Notes: generated by a model from the sequence alone, not told the origin. Counted from the first letter of the stretch, positions 33,223 to 45,152 are shown. The stretch: 64,000 nt of DNA from Paramoeba atlantica (GCA_977017575.1 CDRNVI010000103.1:1-64000); one strand, 5' to 3'. Translations and numbers: made by a program.

Positions 33223-34065
33223 ATGACTATCATCTTAGATGCGGCGGATAATATGCCTAAAGCGGCTCGCGTGCGTGGGACATCCCTCCCGCAAGAATAT
33301 GAGCTCTGTCGTGTCTTGGCCAACATTTCAACGTATTATCCCTCATGGACTACAGAGACCCCCGCATGTAACTGGAAAGGTATAACATGTGACTCCAACC
33401 TGCAGGTCACTGAAATTAAGTGGAGCGTTATGCATCTTCGAGGCACCATATCATGGCGTCATATTCCAGTGAGTGTACACGTCTTGATTTTAGGTAGCTT
33501 CTTCACTTATTCAGCGAAGCCAAACAAAATTACGGGAGAACTTCCTGTTCTTGAGTTGCCACCGCGGCTAACAAAGTTCGTGTTGGATGGCAACAATATG
33601 ACCGGGAACATTGACTTAGAACATCTCCCTGCGGAGTTGACTGCCTTTGAAGCGGCGAAAAATTGCTTTGAGGGAACTGTATCTTTATCATCTCTACCTC
33701 GTCATCTATTTGTATTAGATCTTCAAGATAATTTGCTTTTTGGGGAGTTTGATCTCTCAAACTTACCTCCGAGCATGCAAACAATGTACTTCGGGAATAA
33801 CCAGTTTAGCGGGAGCTTAATTCTTAAAAATCTGCCAATTTCCCTCGACCGACTTGATCTAGACGATAATAACCTAAGTGGAGAATTAGAGTTGGATTGT
33901 CTTCCATCTAAAATGAGGTACCTTCTACTTAAGAATAATGCAATTGAAGGACACGTTGATCTCCGAAATCTGTCAGAGCGTTTCATCTCGCTGGACCTTC
34001 GGGGAAACAAGATTACCTCTGCGGAGCCAACTCCCTTCCCATATGCCCTGAAATGTGATCTATAA
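33223..34065 (+). CDS. LRR family protein
   Basis: Very close paralog of 62135-62974 and 31869-32711. Confidence 0.9.
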   Translation: MTIILDAADNMPKAARVRGTSLPQEYELCRVLANISTYYPSWTTETPACNWKGITCDSNLQVTEIKWSVMHLRGTISWRHIPVSVHVLILGSFFTYSAKPNKITGELPVLELPPRLTKFVLDGNNMTGNIDLEHLPAELTAFEAAKNCFEGTVSLSSLPRHLFVLDLQDNLLFGEFDLSNLPPSMQTMYFGNNQFSGSLILKNLPISLDRLDLDDNNLSGELELDCLPSKMRYLLLKNNAIEGHVDLRNLSERFISLDLRGNKITSAEPTPFPYALKCDL

Positions 34066-34236
34066 GACCATGGTCCTTTTACTTTGATCGACTGATGATA
34101 CCACGGTCCTTTTGGAATGAAAATTCGGAATTGTTTTGTGTTTCGATTTACATTACTACATTTTATCTGCTTTTACCAAGTCATTTTTAAGTGGAATTAA
34201 AAACCTGCGCAAGCGTTTTTTTATTTAGTTTTGTAC

Positions 34237-35709
34237 ATGGACAAGAATCGTTCGGGGACTGACGAAAACAGCTCCCATTCCACACACCGGAAGTTAGCGA
34301 CTTCTCAACCAAAGGCCGACAAAAAAATATTCGTGGAAGGTCTGCCTTTTCACAAGACGGCTGAAATTGAAAACAACTTTTACGGTCTGTGTACGTCGCT
34401 CGGTCTACATGGTGTTACGCGCCTCGTACAAAAGAAAGGTTATGGGTTTGGCTATCTAGTATTCCGTTCTGCTTCTGAAGCTGCGAAAGCGGTACAAATT
34501 TTACACGGAGCCAAATTTGAGGGAAGAATGCTTCGTGTGGAAGCCCCGAAGCCCCCAAACAAACAATCGGCGTATCATGCGACAGGTCAGCGTTTTCCCG
34601 ATACATTCCTACGTCAAATTTTATTGAGTAATCTTCCACCCTTTGTGACACAAGATATTTTAAAAGATGCTTTGCGAGATGTGCTACCCGTTCTTCTCTA
34701 CAATGAAATTGAGGATATCAAGTTGACCCGACACAACAAGGCATTTGTGACCATGCGCGCTTCGCAAAACGCAGAGCAAAGAGGTAAAATTCAGCTTCCT
34801 TCCGAGGAAATGTCTCCTAATCCTGTTTCCTCCGCATTGACTGAGATTCTGTGTGCTCTGACGCAGAGTAGTCGTTTTCAGCTCATGGGTTATCAAATCG
34901 ACGTGACCCGTGCACTCCCTCCCTCCTCCACCCATGGAAAAGCACCCAACAAGGATGAGATTGACTCAAACTGGGCCCAGCTCGCCGAGGAATATACCAC
35001 CCAGTCACGACAGAACACAAACCATCGAAACGCGGCTTCCAAACCAAACACCAAGCTCCTCCAAAAAACACGCCCTCAGGAAATCTCCACAACGTCCACA
35101 AACTCTCCCTGCTCGTCGTCACCTCCCCGCGAGCATCTCCGCACACGAAAACGAACCCTTCCTCACTCACTTCACAAATCCAAACCCACTTCACCAACCC
35201 CCCTACATCCACCCGAATCCCCACACCGCGAACCCGTCAAACCCCACAAGAAACCCAACCCCCCCACGCATCCCCCCGACCACTACCCCATCCTCCTCGG
35301 AGGGCTCGGGGCCGGGTGTACCCTCTCGGAGCTCCGGGGTCTCCTTCACTCCCGCGTAATGAGGGATATCCCCTCCCCCTCCCCCAATCATGAGTTACCC
35401 ACAACAGTAACAACAACAACAAAGTCTCATAATAATGAAAGAAACAATAAAACAACAACAACAACAACAACGAAGGGCCATCCTAATAAAAGAAACCATA
35501 AAACCAAAACCCATCCCACCCACGACCCCCCGCCGTTCACGTGTGAGCTCGTGCTCAACGCCGCGACCCGGGCCCCAAGTGGGATGGCTCGGGTCCGGGC
35601 CAAAACGGTGGAGACCGCGAAGGCGGTGCTGGGGCTGGATGGCACCCCGTGGAGCCGCGGGGGGGCCTCCGGGGAGGGGGTGCTGAGGGCCGAGATGGAG
35701 TCCAGGTGA
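34237..35709 (+). CDS. RRM-domain RNA-binding protein
   Basis: KIFVEGLP (RNP2), KGYGFGYLVF (RNP1), second RRM ILLSNLPP, low-complexity linker. Confidence 0.75.
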   Translation: MDKNRSGTDENSSHSTHRKLATSQPKADKKIFVEGLPFHKTAEIENNFYGLCTSLGLHGVTRLVQKKGYGFGYLVFRSASEAAKAVQILHGAKFEGRMLRVEAPKPPNKQSAYHATGQRFPDTFLRQILLSNLPPFVTQDILKDALRDVLPVLLYNEIEDIKLTRHNKAFVTMRASQNAEQRGKIQLPSEEMSPNPVSSALTEILCALTQSSRFQLMGYQIDVTRALPPSSTHGKAPNKDEIDSNWAQLAEEYTTQSRQNTNHRNAASKPNTKLLQKTRPQEISTTSTNSPCSSSPPREHLRTRKRTLPHSLHKSKPTSPTPLHPPESPHREPVKPHKKPNPPTHPPDHYPILLGGLGAGCTLSELRGLLHSRVMRDIPSPSPNHELPTTVTTTTKSHNNERNNKTTTTTTTKGHPNKRNHKTKTHPTHDPPPFTCELVLNAATRAPSGMARVRAKTVETAKAVLGLDGTPWSRGGASGEGVLRAEMESR

Positions 35710-35810
35710 GGGGGGAGGGGGGGAGAGAGAGGGAAGGCCTCTCTCCTCCAAGGTTTGATGGTGGACGCTTTCCTATGGATGGTGTCCTCCTTGGGGGGGT
35801 AGAAGAGGTG

Positions 35811-35846
35811 TGGTGGTGGTGGTGGTGGTGGTGGTGGTGGTGGTGG
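35811..35846. repeat. (TGG)12 microsatellite in a G-rich 3' region
   Basis: Direct reading. Confidence 0.9.
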
Positions 35847-36379
35847 GATTATAGGGGGGGGTGGAGGAGGATAGGCAGTTGATGGGATGGGGTAAGGGTG
35901 GGTGAGGAGGGTGTTTAAGGGGCTTATGGATTTCGTTCTGAATGTTTAGAAGGTTTTGTTATTTTAGCTGCTCCGTTAAATCGGGTGGTTGTTTAGGACT
36001 ACAGTACGAACTTCTTACTGAGAAGGTACTATTTTCTAACCTTCTTCAATCAATATCAATATTACCTTCTTACTAAGAAGGTACTACTGATGTGCGCCTT
36101 GCGTTGAAAACTATTTCTGTGTTGGGAATTTTAAAAAAGTACATGCGAGTACTCCCCCTTTCACAACTATTTATATGTTCGGTCTGCCGGCTTTTTCTTC
36201 CCATTTATAAAAGTGCATACGCTCCAAGAATTCTTACAATAGTTTTATTTTTTTAATAGTTTTGAAAATGTCATAATTTTAATTCAAAACTTTTGAAAGC
36301 GTTGACAAGTTATTATTGGATTTAGTGCTCTGAGAGCAAAAATGCGCAAACAGCCTCCATTTTTGTAGTGAAGCAGTTT

Positions 36380-36760
36380 GTGCTCGTCTAAATGCCCAAA
36401 AAGCCGTTCTATTCGGTTTCTCACAAATCGAAAATTTACATGTAAATGTATGTTAATACATGTATGTCAAATAGGTCATCAACGGAAGAAACTGTTTCTT
36501 GGCGTGGGCAGTGGCGCACAGATCGGTAGGCCTTGTCCGCAATCACCATTTCATCCACCTTGTGAGTCCATCCATAAATATCGGACTCAGCCATGCATTC
36601 ACTGTCGTGCATGCTACCTTCAAAAGGTCCACTCCACGCTAAGGGGGGCAGCCATCCATCATGATGAAGACCTGAAAGGTCCAGTATTTTGTGGCGTGCT
36701 TTTTTTTGTGGACGCCTTCTGAAGACGGAAGAAGTCCATCGACAATGGAATTACATGTGA
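36380..36760 (-). pseudogene. PIF/Harbinger (ISL2EU-like, DDE_Tnp_4) transposase relic
   Basis: Minus strand reads CNSIVDG...KKKHATKYWTFQVFIMMDG / LAWSGPFEGSMHDS...EMVIADKAY / VRNRIERLFGHL. Confidence 0.75.
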
Positions 36761-37122
36761 AATAGTTCTCTTCGAGTACTCTAGATCTTCTTTCAACATC
36801 AGCGAATCAAACTTCTGAGAAAAGTAATTTTTTTTTGATGTTCATGCGCTCATTGGCGCAGAGATACAGTCCTTGATGCGACGGCCGATATCATCGGCAC
36901 ATGATCCGCCCACAACGGATGTCGCACCAAGGGGCATTTGGCACGGATCGGTCGGTAAAGGGGGTTCAGGCAACTCGCCCTCTCTTTACGCAGCCGGAGG
37001 GGTGTACTGCAACCGACTCGGTCCCAGTCGGTAGAGGTGGTCCAGGCAACTCACCACCTCTTTACGCAGCCGGAGGGGCGCACTGCAACCGACCGCTGCC
37101 TCGCGATAAAACGAAGCAGAGC

Positions 37123-37422
37123 CACGCCCAGTGGTGCTCAAGGGAGGCCACCATGGCGCATGGCTCCCCGGTAAGGAAAGGCGCGAAGGTAAGAAAGTCG
37201 GGGAGGGAAGAAAACTCACTGAAAGAGTGAGCCGGGGAGGGGTGATGGGGTGGAACCGCGTCCCCTGCTTCGCGGAGAAAGAGGGACAGTTTCGGCTTTA
37301 GTGCCGGCCGGCAACGGGCATATAAAACAGTAAGGGTATGCCCGTTGCCGGGGAAAGAAAGGATGAACTAAAGGATATTGTACCAACAAGGTACAGAAAC
37401 TGTATCTTTATCGTACAATGTC
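37123..37422 (-). ncRNA. Spliced-leader RNA-like element, copy B
   Basis: ...GATAAAGATACAGTTTCTGTACCTTGTTG|GTAC (donor at 37383-82), 14-bp stem 37308-37351. Homologous to copy A. Confidence 0.75.
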
Positions 37423-38646
37423 GGGGTTGTATCCGGTAAAAGCATGGCACCCAAGGGTCCAAGGCATGCGATCCCAAGGCATGCCCATCACCCAAGGCAT
37501 GCGATCTTACATACAATACCAGTATGAAACACTGCATTAGGAAAAGAAAACACTTGCTAGAAACTGTTAACAAATAGAAGCTTTTAACAATTGCAGAAAT
37601 GAAGAACAGAAAAAGAGATTTCAGTAGTCAAAGCAATTAAATAGTGTTTCATGAACACAAGAGTAAGAACAAATTCATCGTAGAAGGACTAGTAACCTCT
37701 ATAACTTGTTTATACCTATGTCACTTTCTACCTTTCGTTTACCAGTCTTCGTACATGTACCATCCTGTTCATGTACCTTTTTCCTTTTCACTTTCGAGTG
37801 GAACGCAAATATGTCTGGTCATAATGGCTTAGTTGGGCGAGACGACTTTTGTCCCTTATAGATTAGAGGCGGCCTGTGTAGTGCATCACTTGATCGGCTA
37901 TTTGACGGTTCTTGCCGACGAACAGTATTATTCGCCTCCAGACTCCGCATACGAGCCTGCAGATTGAAGATTCAGCAGTGGTCCTTGAGAGATTGTACTT
38001 CACTTTTTAGTGCGAGAAATCCGTCTTGCAACTCACTTACACCCAAGCCAAAAATTATTATCGCTAAAATTCATGGCACAAAAATTATTGTTTTTTTAAT
38101 TAAAAGTTGTCTATTTTTGGCAGGAAACATTTTTCTATTTTTCTTTTTGGTCAATTTTTGAATTTCTCATGAGGTCTGATCTCGGCAACCACTTTTTAGA
38201 GAAGAGCTCCATGGATTTTTCAAAAGCTCAATTTTCAGGACAGGATTTGACGGAGGAGGAGCAAGAGGCTTTTTTTCAACACCAGGTCGTGGGATCATGC
38301 GAGCTCACACCCGCAGCCCCTCACTTAATGACCACTTAATAACCTGACCTTCGCAACGCATTTGACGAGATTAGAGAGATGTAATTTATTTCTCTTCTTG
38401 TTCAACACGATTTCAAATCTAATTTTTGGCGAAAAGCTAAACCTAACTTTACTTTCTTCCCCGTAAAAAATCATGAATCTTTTTTGGGAGCAAAAAAACC
38501 CTTTTGGACTAATCTTGGATTTTTTCCACCTCTCTACTAACAACTTCCATTTGTTGATATGTACAAATTTCTACAAAAACAATTGGCACAATTATTGATT
38601 TTTTAATTAAAAGATGAAGAGCTTCGCCAATAATTGAAAATTTAAT

Positions 38647-39062
38647 TAACCACAGTCCGGTTTAACATTCCTGTAGCTAGATAACATTCCGGGGGAATGT
38701 TATGATGTTCCACGCGTTTTTTAACATCCCCCCCCCTGAAAAACCCCCGTGCCCACCCGTGGCTTACAGGTTCACCCACTCTACCGACGAAGAGCCACCA
38801 CGGGAGGTTCTCAACTCTGCTCCCCTACAGGGTCCTCTAGATTTTCGGTACGCATGTACGCTGACGGAGTACTTTAAGAATGTTCAAGAACGCCAAGAAA
38901 GTGGAGCAAAAGAAGTGGAAGCAATGCGCGAAGAGGAAGATACTGAATAAATGAAGTTATTTTTCCCTTCAAAAAAATACCTCAAAAATATATCTTGAAA
39001 ATTTAACATTCCTGTAGCTACTTCACATTCCCTCCCGGAACGTTAAACCGGACTGTGGTTTA
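38647..39062. mobile_element. MITE, TIR TA(A)ACCACAGTCCGGTTTAAC(A/G)TTCC
   Basis: Inverted termini and internal direct repeat TTAACATTCCTGTAGCTA. Solo related ends at 10441-10498 and ~44230. Confidence 0.85.
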
Positions 39063-39439
39063 ATATTATTCGGCAGCGTACGTCACGTGCCGTTTGCGAT
39101 GCTGAAGCTTCCGCTAGGGCAACGACCCTCTTTATATCCCTAGCGCGCTCTCGATATCTCTTGGCCACTTCGGAAGAATTCCCACGTAAACTTCGTCAAA
39201 CTCTGCGAAACCAATCAGCAACAACTTCATGAGATGAATAAATAACATCTCTCATCTGGTGACGAACCCACTTGCGAAGCCGTTCATACGTCCGAGGCAG
39301 GATTCCCGTAGACGTCTTCGGCGTAAACGTTTTGATCGGTGGGCAAGTCGTGTTCCATTCCAAAATGAGCGCGAAGAAAAAGGTACGAAACAGACATTTT
39401 GCTATTAAAATCTGTATTTTTTGGTAGACAATTACAGTA

Positions 39440-40368
39440 TAAACCTAGGGACACGATAAGTCACCCCCCTCTAAAATTTGTGTAAAGTCTTCGTTTGGGC
39501 CAATTTTTGTTGCATTTTGAAGATCTCGGTGACGCTTGTTTGCGCATATCATATAGAGAATAAAACTGGGAGCCAATAAAATATGAATTTAGTATTACCA
39601 TTTTTTCACTTTTTCGCCACCATTTGTTTTGCGTACTTCCATCTTTTTGTCGAAACTTAAAACAGTGCAGTCAAGCTCAGATTCACCAATATTCTCAAAG
39701 GCTTTCTTTACGCACTTAATTAGAGAAATAGTACAAGACGGATTCATTTCATTTACACTTTGTTGAATCATTTCCCACACGTTCTCAATAGGATTAAGGT
39801 CGGGAGAATTAGCCGGCCGATTTGTTATGTATTCAATTTTTGAAGTAAAAATATAGGTTTTCGTATTTCTGGCCGTATGTACACCCGCCCCATCTTGCTG
39901 AAAAATAAATTTACGGGGAAAGGGAACCTTACGCAGCGTTTCTACATAAGTTTCACGTGTGATTGAACTGTTGTCTTGAACTTGATAGAACTCTTTTCTG
40001 ACTTTTTTTTGGGGTGTCACATTTTGAATCACATTTTCGTTGGTACGTTTTGCAGGTATTTTCGAACAATTTTGATAGAAACATTGAAATCCCGTTCTAG
40101 TCGCTTCTTTGGAATACCCGCTTGAAAGCGCATATGCAACAAGACTTTTCCCATCTGCGTTAACTCCCCTTTTACTTGGATTTCACCATGGAAAAAAATC
40201 GTGTCAGATTTTAAAAAAAAAAAAGTTTTTTTTAATACTTCGAAAGTAGTTAAAAACAGCGGGAACGTGTAGATCTCGAAATTGTGAACGACAAAGTGGT
40301 GTCATAAACCCCTTAGGCCCCTTCATGCAAAAAGTAAGGTGGGTGACTTATTCGTGTCCCCAGGTTTA
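39440..40368 (-). mobile_element. Internally deleted Tc1 element, family B
   Basis: TIR TAAACCT(A/G)GGGACACGA(A)TAAGTCACCC. ORF 39595-40032 holds QQDGAGVH...NSPDLNPIE. 5' region homologous to 20520-20640. Confidence 0.88.
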
Positions 40369-40382
40369 CAATTACAAAATGT

Positions 40383-41616
40383 GGGTAAATTGAACGAGAA
40401 TTCGCTTTTCTTCTATTTTTCAATAATTTCGTCCATTTATGCAGGAAAAAAGGTCCTTCGTACACTTATTTTGCCACACCTCTCTTTAAACGTGCTTTTC
40501 CGACTTTCTCTCTCACACCTCTTTGTATAGCTAATATATTAAATATCAATAACTTCACAGAAATACCAAAGATTTTTCAGCATACGAAGTAAAGCGTCGT
40601 TACCATTTATCTTCAACTTTACATTGCTTTTCTCAGCTAAAGCTCGTACTCGGCTGCCGCGCTTTTCATCCCCCCGACCGAGTACACCCCCTTCACGCTT
40701 GAGCGTCTTCTTCACAAGTGAATTAGCCGACTCAACTGTGTTTGTATGAACGCCTTCTTGGGTTACCCACTCGCGTCGGTGAACCACTTTTTCCCACTTG
40801 TATCTACCTTGCAGTTGCAGATTGTGACGAGCGGAATCAGTCCAGATCCTAGTTCTCGATCCCGCACCCAGAGCTTCGATGTTTGGAATAAGTGACGATG
40901 TGCTTCGATCGGGGACAACGTCCATAAATATTTCAGAGATTTTATTTTGTCTTGTCGTTTCAACTATAGTTTGAGCGACTTGCGGCCCTTCACGTCTGAC
41001 ACGTCGAGTACGATTGTTGCCTCCCCGCTTCCTCGTTGAGAAGAACGTTTCATCGCACTGCATGGAGGTCAATGTTCCATGGCGACGAATTCTTCGAAGT
41101 ACGTGTATCGTCCCGATCATAGAATCCAACGCTTGGCGGAGCCTGACCATGGTCGTCACACTTAAGCCCGTCTCCTCCGCTGATACCGCATGTGGCTCGC
41201 CACGGGAGTACAAAATAATAAATTTCAGCACTTGCTTTGCAGTGCGTTTTGCATTCCCTGGAACCAGGGGCCCAAGAATGTCATACACCCCTTTGCACTT
41301 TTTGGTACACCGCCACTTTTCGTCGCTCAATCGCATTTCCAATGGAGAGGAGTGACTTCGCTTGTTGCATATCACCTTCCTTGCAACAAGATCATGGCAT
41401 TTTAACCAGTGTCGACATTGAGCCTCTGACCACTTTGCTACCTTACTAATAGTTAGCTTCCGACGGCACGTGAATCCACGACACCCCTGACACACCATGT
41501 AAGGAATTCAGAAAAATGTAAAATCTTTTTTCTAAAGAGTACATGGATAATTTCCCCCGATTTTCTCAATATTTATTACCAAATTTTTGGAAAGCGAATT
41601 CCCGTTCAATTTCCCC
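40383..41616 (-). mobile_element. Complete Merlin DNA transposon
   Basis: 26-bp TIR GGG(T/G)AAATTGAACG(A/G)GAATTCGCTTT (24/26). 8-bp TSD CAAAATGT at 40375-82 and 41617-24. Confidence 0.95.
40539..41498 (-). CDS. Merlin/IS1595-family DDE transposase, intact, 319 aa
   Basis: Cys/His N-terminus, QCDETFF, IWTDS, GVHTNTVES. Confidence 0.93.
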   Translation of the reverse strand: MVCQGCRGFTCRRKLTISKVAKWSEAQCRHWLKCHDLVARKVICNKRSHSSPLEMRLSDEKWRCTKKCKGVYDILGPLVPGNAKRTAKQVLKFIILYSRGEPHAVSAEETGLSVTTMVRLRQALDSMIGTIHVLRRIRRHGTLTSMQCDETFFSTRKRGGNNRTRRVRREGPQVAQTIVETTRQNKISEIFMDVVPDRSTSSLIPNIEALGAGSRTRIWTDSARHNLQLQGRYKWEKVVHRREWVTQEGVHTNTVESANSLVKKTLKREGGVLGRGDEKRGSRVRALAEKSNVKLKINGNDALLRMLKNLWYFCEVIDI

Positions 41617-41897
41617 CAAAATGTAAACTAAGTGATTAGCAAGAAACTGCATATTCTCCACACTTTAAGTGTCCGAACTCTTAACTCGACCGAACAAGGG
41701 CGAACACGCTAGAACCAAGCAGGTTTCACCCCTCTACTTATAAACAATACAATAAGTAATATTCTATCATCCATTGTTAGCGATCGGATATTGTTATTAA
41801 AAAAACTGCCAACAATAGACATACTTTAGATACTCGCGCATCTCCTTCATTAAATATTTTTTGTGCAACTTACACTACACTTCAATACTTTTCCTTT

Positions 41898-42467
41898 ATG
41901 GACATCTCTCGTGCACATAAAGTGCGTGGTACTTCTCTTCCACCTGAGTTTGTGCTTATTCGAATGATTGAAAATATTCAGAACCCGCATTCATCATGGA
42001 CGGCTGATGAACCAATATCTAAGTGGAAGGGGGTAATGTGTTTGGAAAGCGGTGACATTGACAAAATTAGGTTTGAAGGGAGTAAGCTACACGGATCTCT
42101 ACGGTGGGACATGTTACCTCGCTCACTAACGCACATTTGCGTTTATTCAAACAAACTAATGGGGGAAGTAGACCTCAGTGAATTGCCCCCAAAACTCAAA
42201 TTTTTAGATGGTTCTTATAACACCTTTACGGGGGGACTTGATTTATGTCATCTTCCAATGTCGCTTGAAGAGATCTTCTTTTCTGAGAACAAGTTAAGTG
42301 GGCATGTTATTTTTTCTCATCTTCCACATCGTTTGTGTTCACTTGCTTTGAGACACAATCGACTACTTGAGGGTGAGATGCGGCTTAGTGAACTTCCTTC
42401 AAGTTTAAGTTATCGTCCAATACAAGAAACTTCCATTGTATTTATCGATGATTCCGCAAAAAACTAG
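41898..42467 (+). CDS. LRR family protein
   Basis: Duplicate of 18551-19120 including ~140 bp of upstream sequence. Confidence 0.88.
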   Translation: MDISRAHKVRGTSLPPEFVLIRMIENIQNPHSSWTADEPISKWKGVMCLESGDIDKIRFEGSKLHGSLRWDMLPRSLTHICVYSNKLMGEVDLSELPPKLKFLDGSYNTFTGGLDLCHLPMSLEEIFFSENKLSGHVIFSHLPHRLCSLALRHNRLLEGEMRLSELPSSLSYRPIQETSIVFIDDSAKN

Positions 42468-42721
42468 GTATAGAAACCTCATTTTCAAAATATTTTTATT
42501 TTCTAAATACGTTACGGGAAAAGGTAGAAGGACCCACAATTCTACCGCAACTCTACTAACCCAGGGTGTAGTTTGATATCCACTTGCGTTTTAATACCCA
42601 CTCATCTTCCGCAAGAGCGATTCGAGGGGGCTCTCATATGCGCCATTATTTTACAAAATTGTCCAACTTTGGTGAACTTTGGATCCCCCTGTATATCATC
42701 GAAAAGAGGTATTATTAGTCT

Positions 42722-43672
42722 ATGCAATCTATTTGTTTAGCCTTTATGAGCTTTTCCTGCCTCTATTCGGCCGATACTTCTAGCTATCAGCCACGTCTTG
42801 GGAGAGTTCGAGCCGCCAGTGTTCCTCCTGAGTTCGTCCTGGCACAATTCCTCAAAGATGTTGCGAATCCCCACTCCTCGTGGAGAACCGATAGGTCGGC
42901 ATGCGAATGGAATGGGGTGGGCTGTGACAAGCAAGGATTGCCGATACAGATGGAGCTTGATATGCATTCCAAAATGAAGTCGCCTGGAGGCTCCCTGCTT
43001 GAAACATATAGGATGCGTTTACGTGGGTCTCTGCATTTTGTACATTTTCCGCCAACGTTTCATCGCTTTACGATGATCGGACATATGCTTGGGGGGGAAG
43101 TTGTGTTTCAGTACCTTCCCCCTTGTCTACGGTACATAAATCTAAGTCACAATAGCTTCTCCGGCAACGTTGATTTTAAGTACCTCCCTGAGCAAATTGA
43201 GTTTGTGGCCTTATCTTTCAACAAGTTTCTTGGGAATGTTATATTGGATGAAGTAGCGTCTAGTCTCACCGAATTCTACATTGACCATAATAGGTTTACT
43301 GGGTCCATTCATCTTGAAAAATTGCCGAAAAACCTTGAAAAAACCAGCTTAGCGAAAAATAGCTTTACGGGAAACATTGACTTAGGGAGGCTTCCGCGTC
43401 CGCTCAAAGTGCTCCACTTGGACAACAATTTACTGATCGGGGCCCCAGATTTAACAAGACTACCTTGTAATATGCAGGTCCTTGGTCTTTCATCAAATCA
43501 GCTGAAAGGCGATGTGGATCTCAACCGACTTCCAAAAAATTTGCACACTCTGGAGCTCAATGGTAATGACCTTCAAGGAGTCTACGATCCCGCGAAACTG
43601 CCGGAGCAACTTAGTCGAAACGGATGGCAAATGACGAAAATACGTCCCACATTCGAAAGTCTGCTGGTTTGA
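42722..43672 (+). CDS. LRR family protein
   Basis: RVRAASVPPEFVL...ACEWNGVGC cap plus LRRs. Confidence 0.9.
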   Translation: MQSICLAFMSFSCLYSADTSSYQPRLGRVRAASVPPEFVLAQFLKDVANPHSSWRTDRSACEWNGVGCDKQGLPIQMELDMHSKMKSPGGSLLETYRMRLRGSLHFVHFPPTFHRFTMIGHMLGGEVVFQYLPPCLRYINLSHNSFSGNVDFKYLPEQIEFVALSFNKFLGNVILDEVASSLTEFYIDHNRFTGSIHLEKLPKNLEKTSLAKNSFTGNIDLGRLPRPLKVLHLDNNLLIGAPDLTRLPCNMQVLGLSSNQLKGDVDLNRLPKNLHTLELNGNDLQGVYDPAKLPEQLSRNGWQMTKIRPTFESLLV

Positions 43673-44393
43673 TGCAGGAGGAGTCAAATCTATGAAATCT
43701 ACACTGCGTTCCTAACAACTTTATATTTTTTTCAATCATTTACGTTCATTACAGTATCCCTTCATCTTTCCGGGAATTTTTTCACCTTTCCTTCCATCCT
43801 CCTCCGGAACCATTTCAAGTACCGTCGACGCACTTTATATGTGAATCCATTAAATTTGAGAACATTAAATGTGATTAAACTTTTTCTTCTTCCATTTTTG
43901 ATGTATTTCGGAATTTTCATTTTTTTTATCGTTTCTTTTTTGATATTTGAATAGTCTGGTTCATAGTTATTTTCATAGTTGGTATTATTTAAATTTTCTT
44001 TTTTAGGCTCTTCGGTAAACGCGGTGGCTGTTTTCAACTTAAACCTTGTTCCGGGTTATTGTGCCTAGAGCTACAGTGATCTTCACCAATCTGAGAGTCA
44101 CGAAAATGAGAATGACCCTCTCAAGAATGACAAATTATTGTGTCAACGTTCAACTCAAAAAGGGCCTTGAAAATGAGAATGAGAATGGATCAAAAGGGGC
44201 CCTGTTGTGCAATCTGGGCAAAAATTTGTAAACCACAGTCCGATTCATTATACCTAGGGACACCTATTGTACCCGCCAGAAGACCAAAATGAACACGACC
44301 GACACTCTCCTGAAATTAATGAGGCCGATCGACTCATGATGGTGTTCCTTGAGGCGTTTGATCGTGTCATAGAGCGTGTTCCACACATGAGCA

Positions 44394-45152
44394 TTGTTCC
44401 ACACAGCATTGCATGGAAATAATCCGAAACCTCGTACTCAACCCGTTGTTCAAAATAGAGTATGGCGAAATTTGCGTGCGAGACGACTTTGCTCGGGGTG
44501 TACCAGGTTTGTTTGTGTTCGGGGGGGGGGGCGAAGCATTGGCTGTGTTCCGCAAGGGGAGGATGCCGTAACCTGGATGAGATCACATGTCCTGTTTGAA
44601 AATGCCGCGTGTTACTTCCATGGGGCGGGCTATCTCCAAGATGTGCCAGGAAAGCCCGACATAATGGTTTGCCAACACAGTCTTCCGAATGAGAGAAACC
44701 TGTGTCGGGCCCGAGTTAGCAAGTTCTCTCCGATCCTCTTCACACGAATTTCTTTGGGCAGAAGCCGCAAACCATTTGTGTACTGGTCAGATTTGCCAGA
44801 ACCGTGGAGTTCAACGGTGGTGCAGAAAATTATTCGAGCGCTTGGCAACGCAGCCCTGCATCAGGAGGAGACTTCGAACTAAAAAATTTCCCGGATGCAG
44901 GTTGACGAAACGTTTATTAGAAAACGTAAGTACAACCGTGGGAGGCGTCAGCGCCTAACAGGCTACTGGTTCGCAACAGTTACGGAGCAAGAAGGAAGAA
45001 TAATGGATCTTACCCACTGGAAATTGGTAAAGACTCGGGATCGTGCGACTTTACAAGCTTGTATTCTACTTCATTTGGCCAGCGCACGCACAGTCGATAG
45101 TGCTCAGAACGACTTTAAATGGAAATTTGATCGAAGGGAACATTTGTTTTGA
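44394..45152 (+). pseudogene. Merlin transposase relic
   Basis: Cys-rich N-part, then QVDETFIRKRKYNRGRR. Truncated. Confidence 0.8.

Noticed and set aside
39065-39420. Coding-like minus-strand sequence
   Set aside because: Stops interrupt the frames read and no family was recognised.
43762-44037. Minus ORF resembling a Mutator/FLYWCH fragment
   Set aside because: Only a vague FNGFTYK...W similarity, with no Cys/His ligands.
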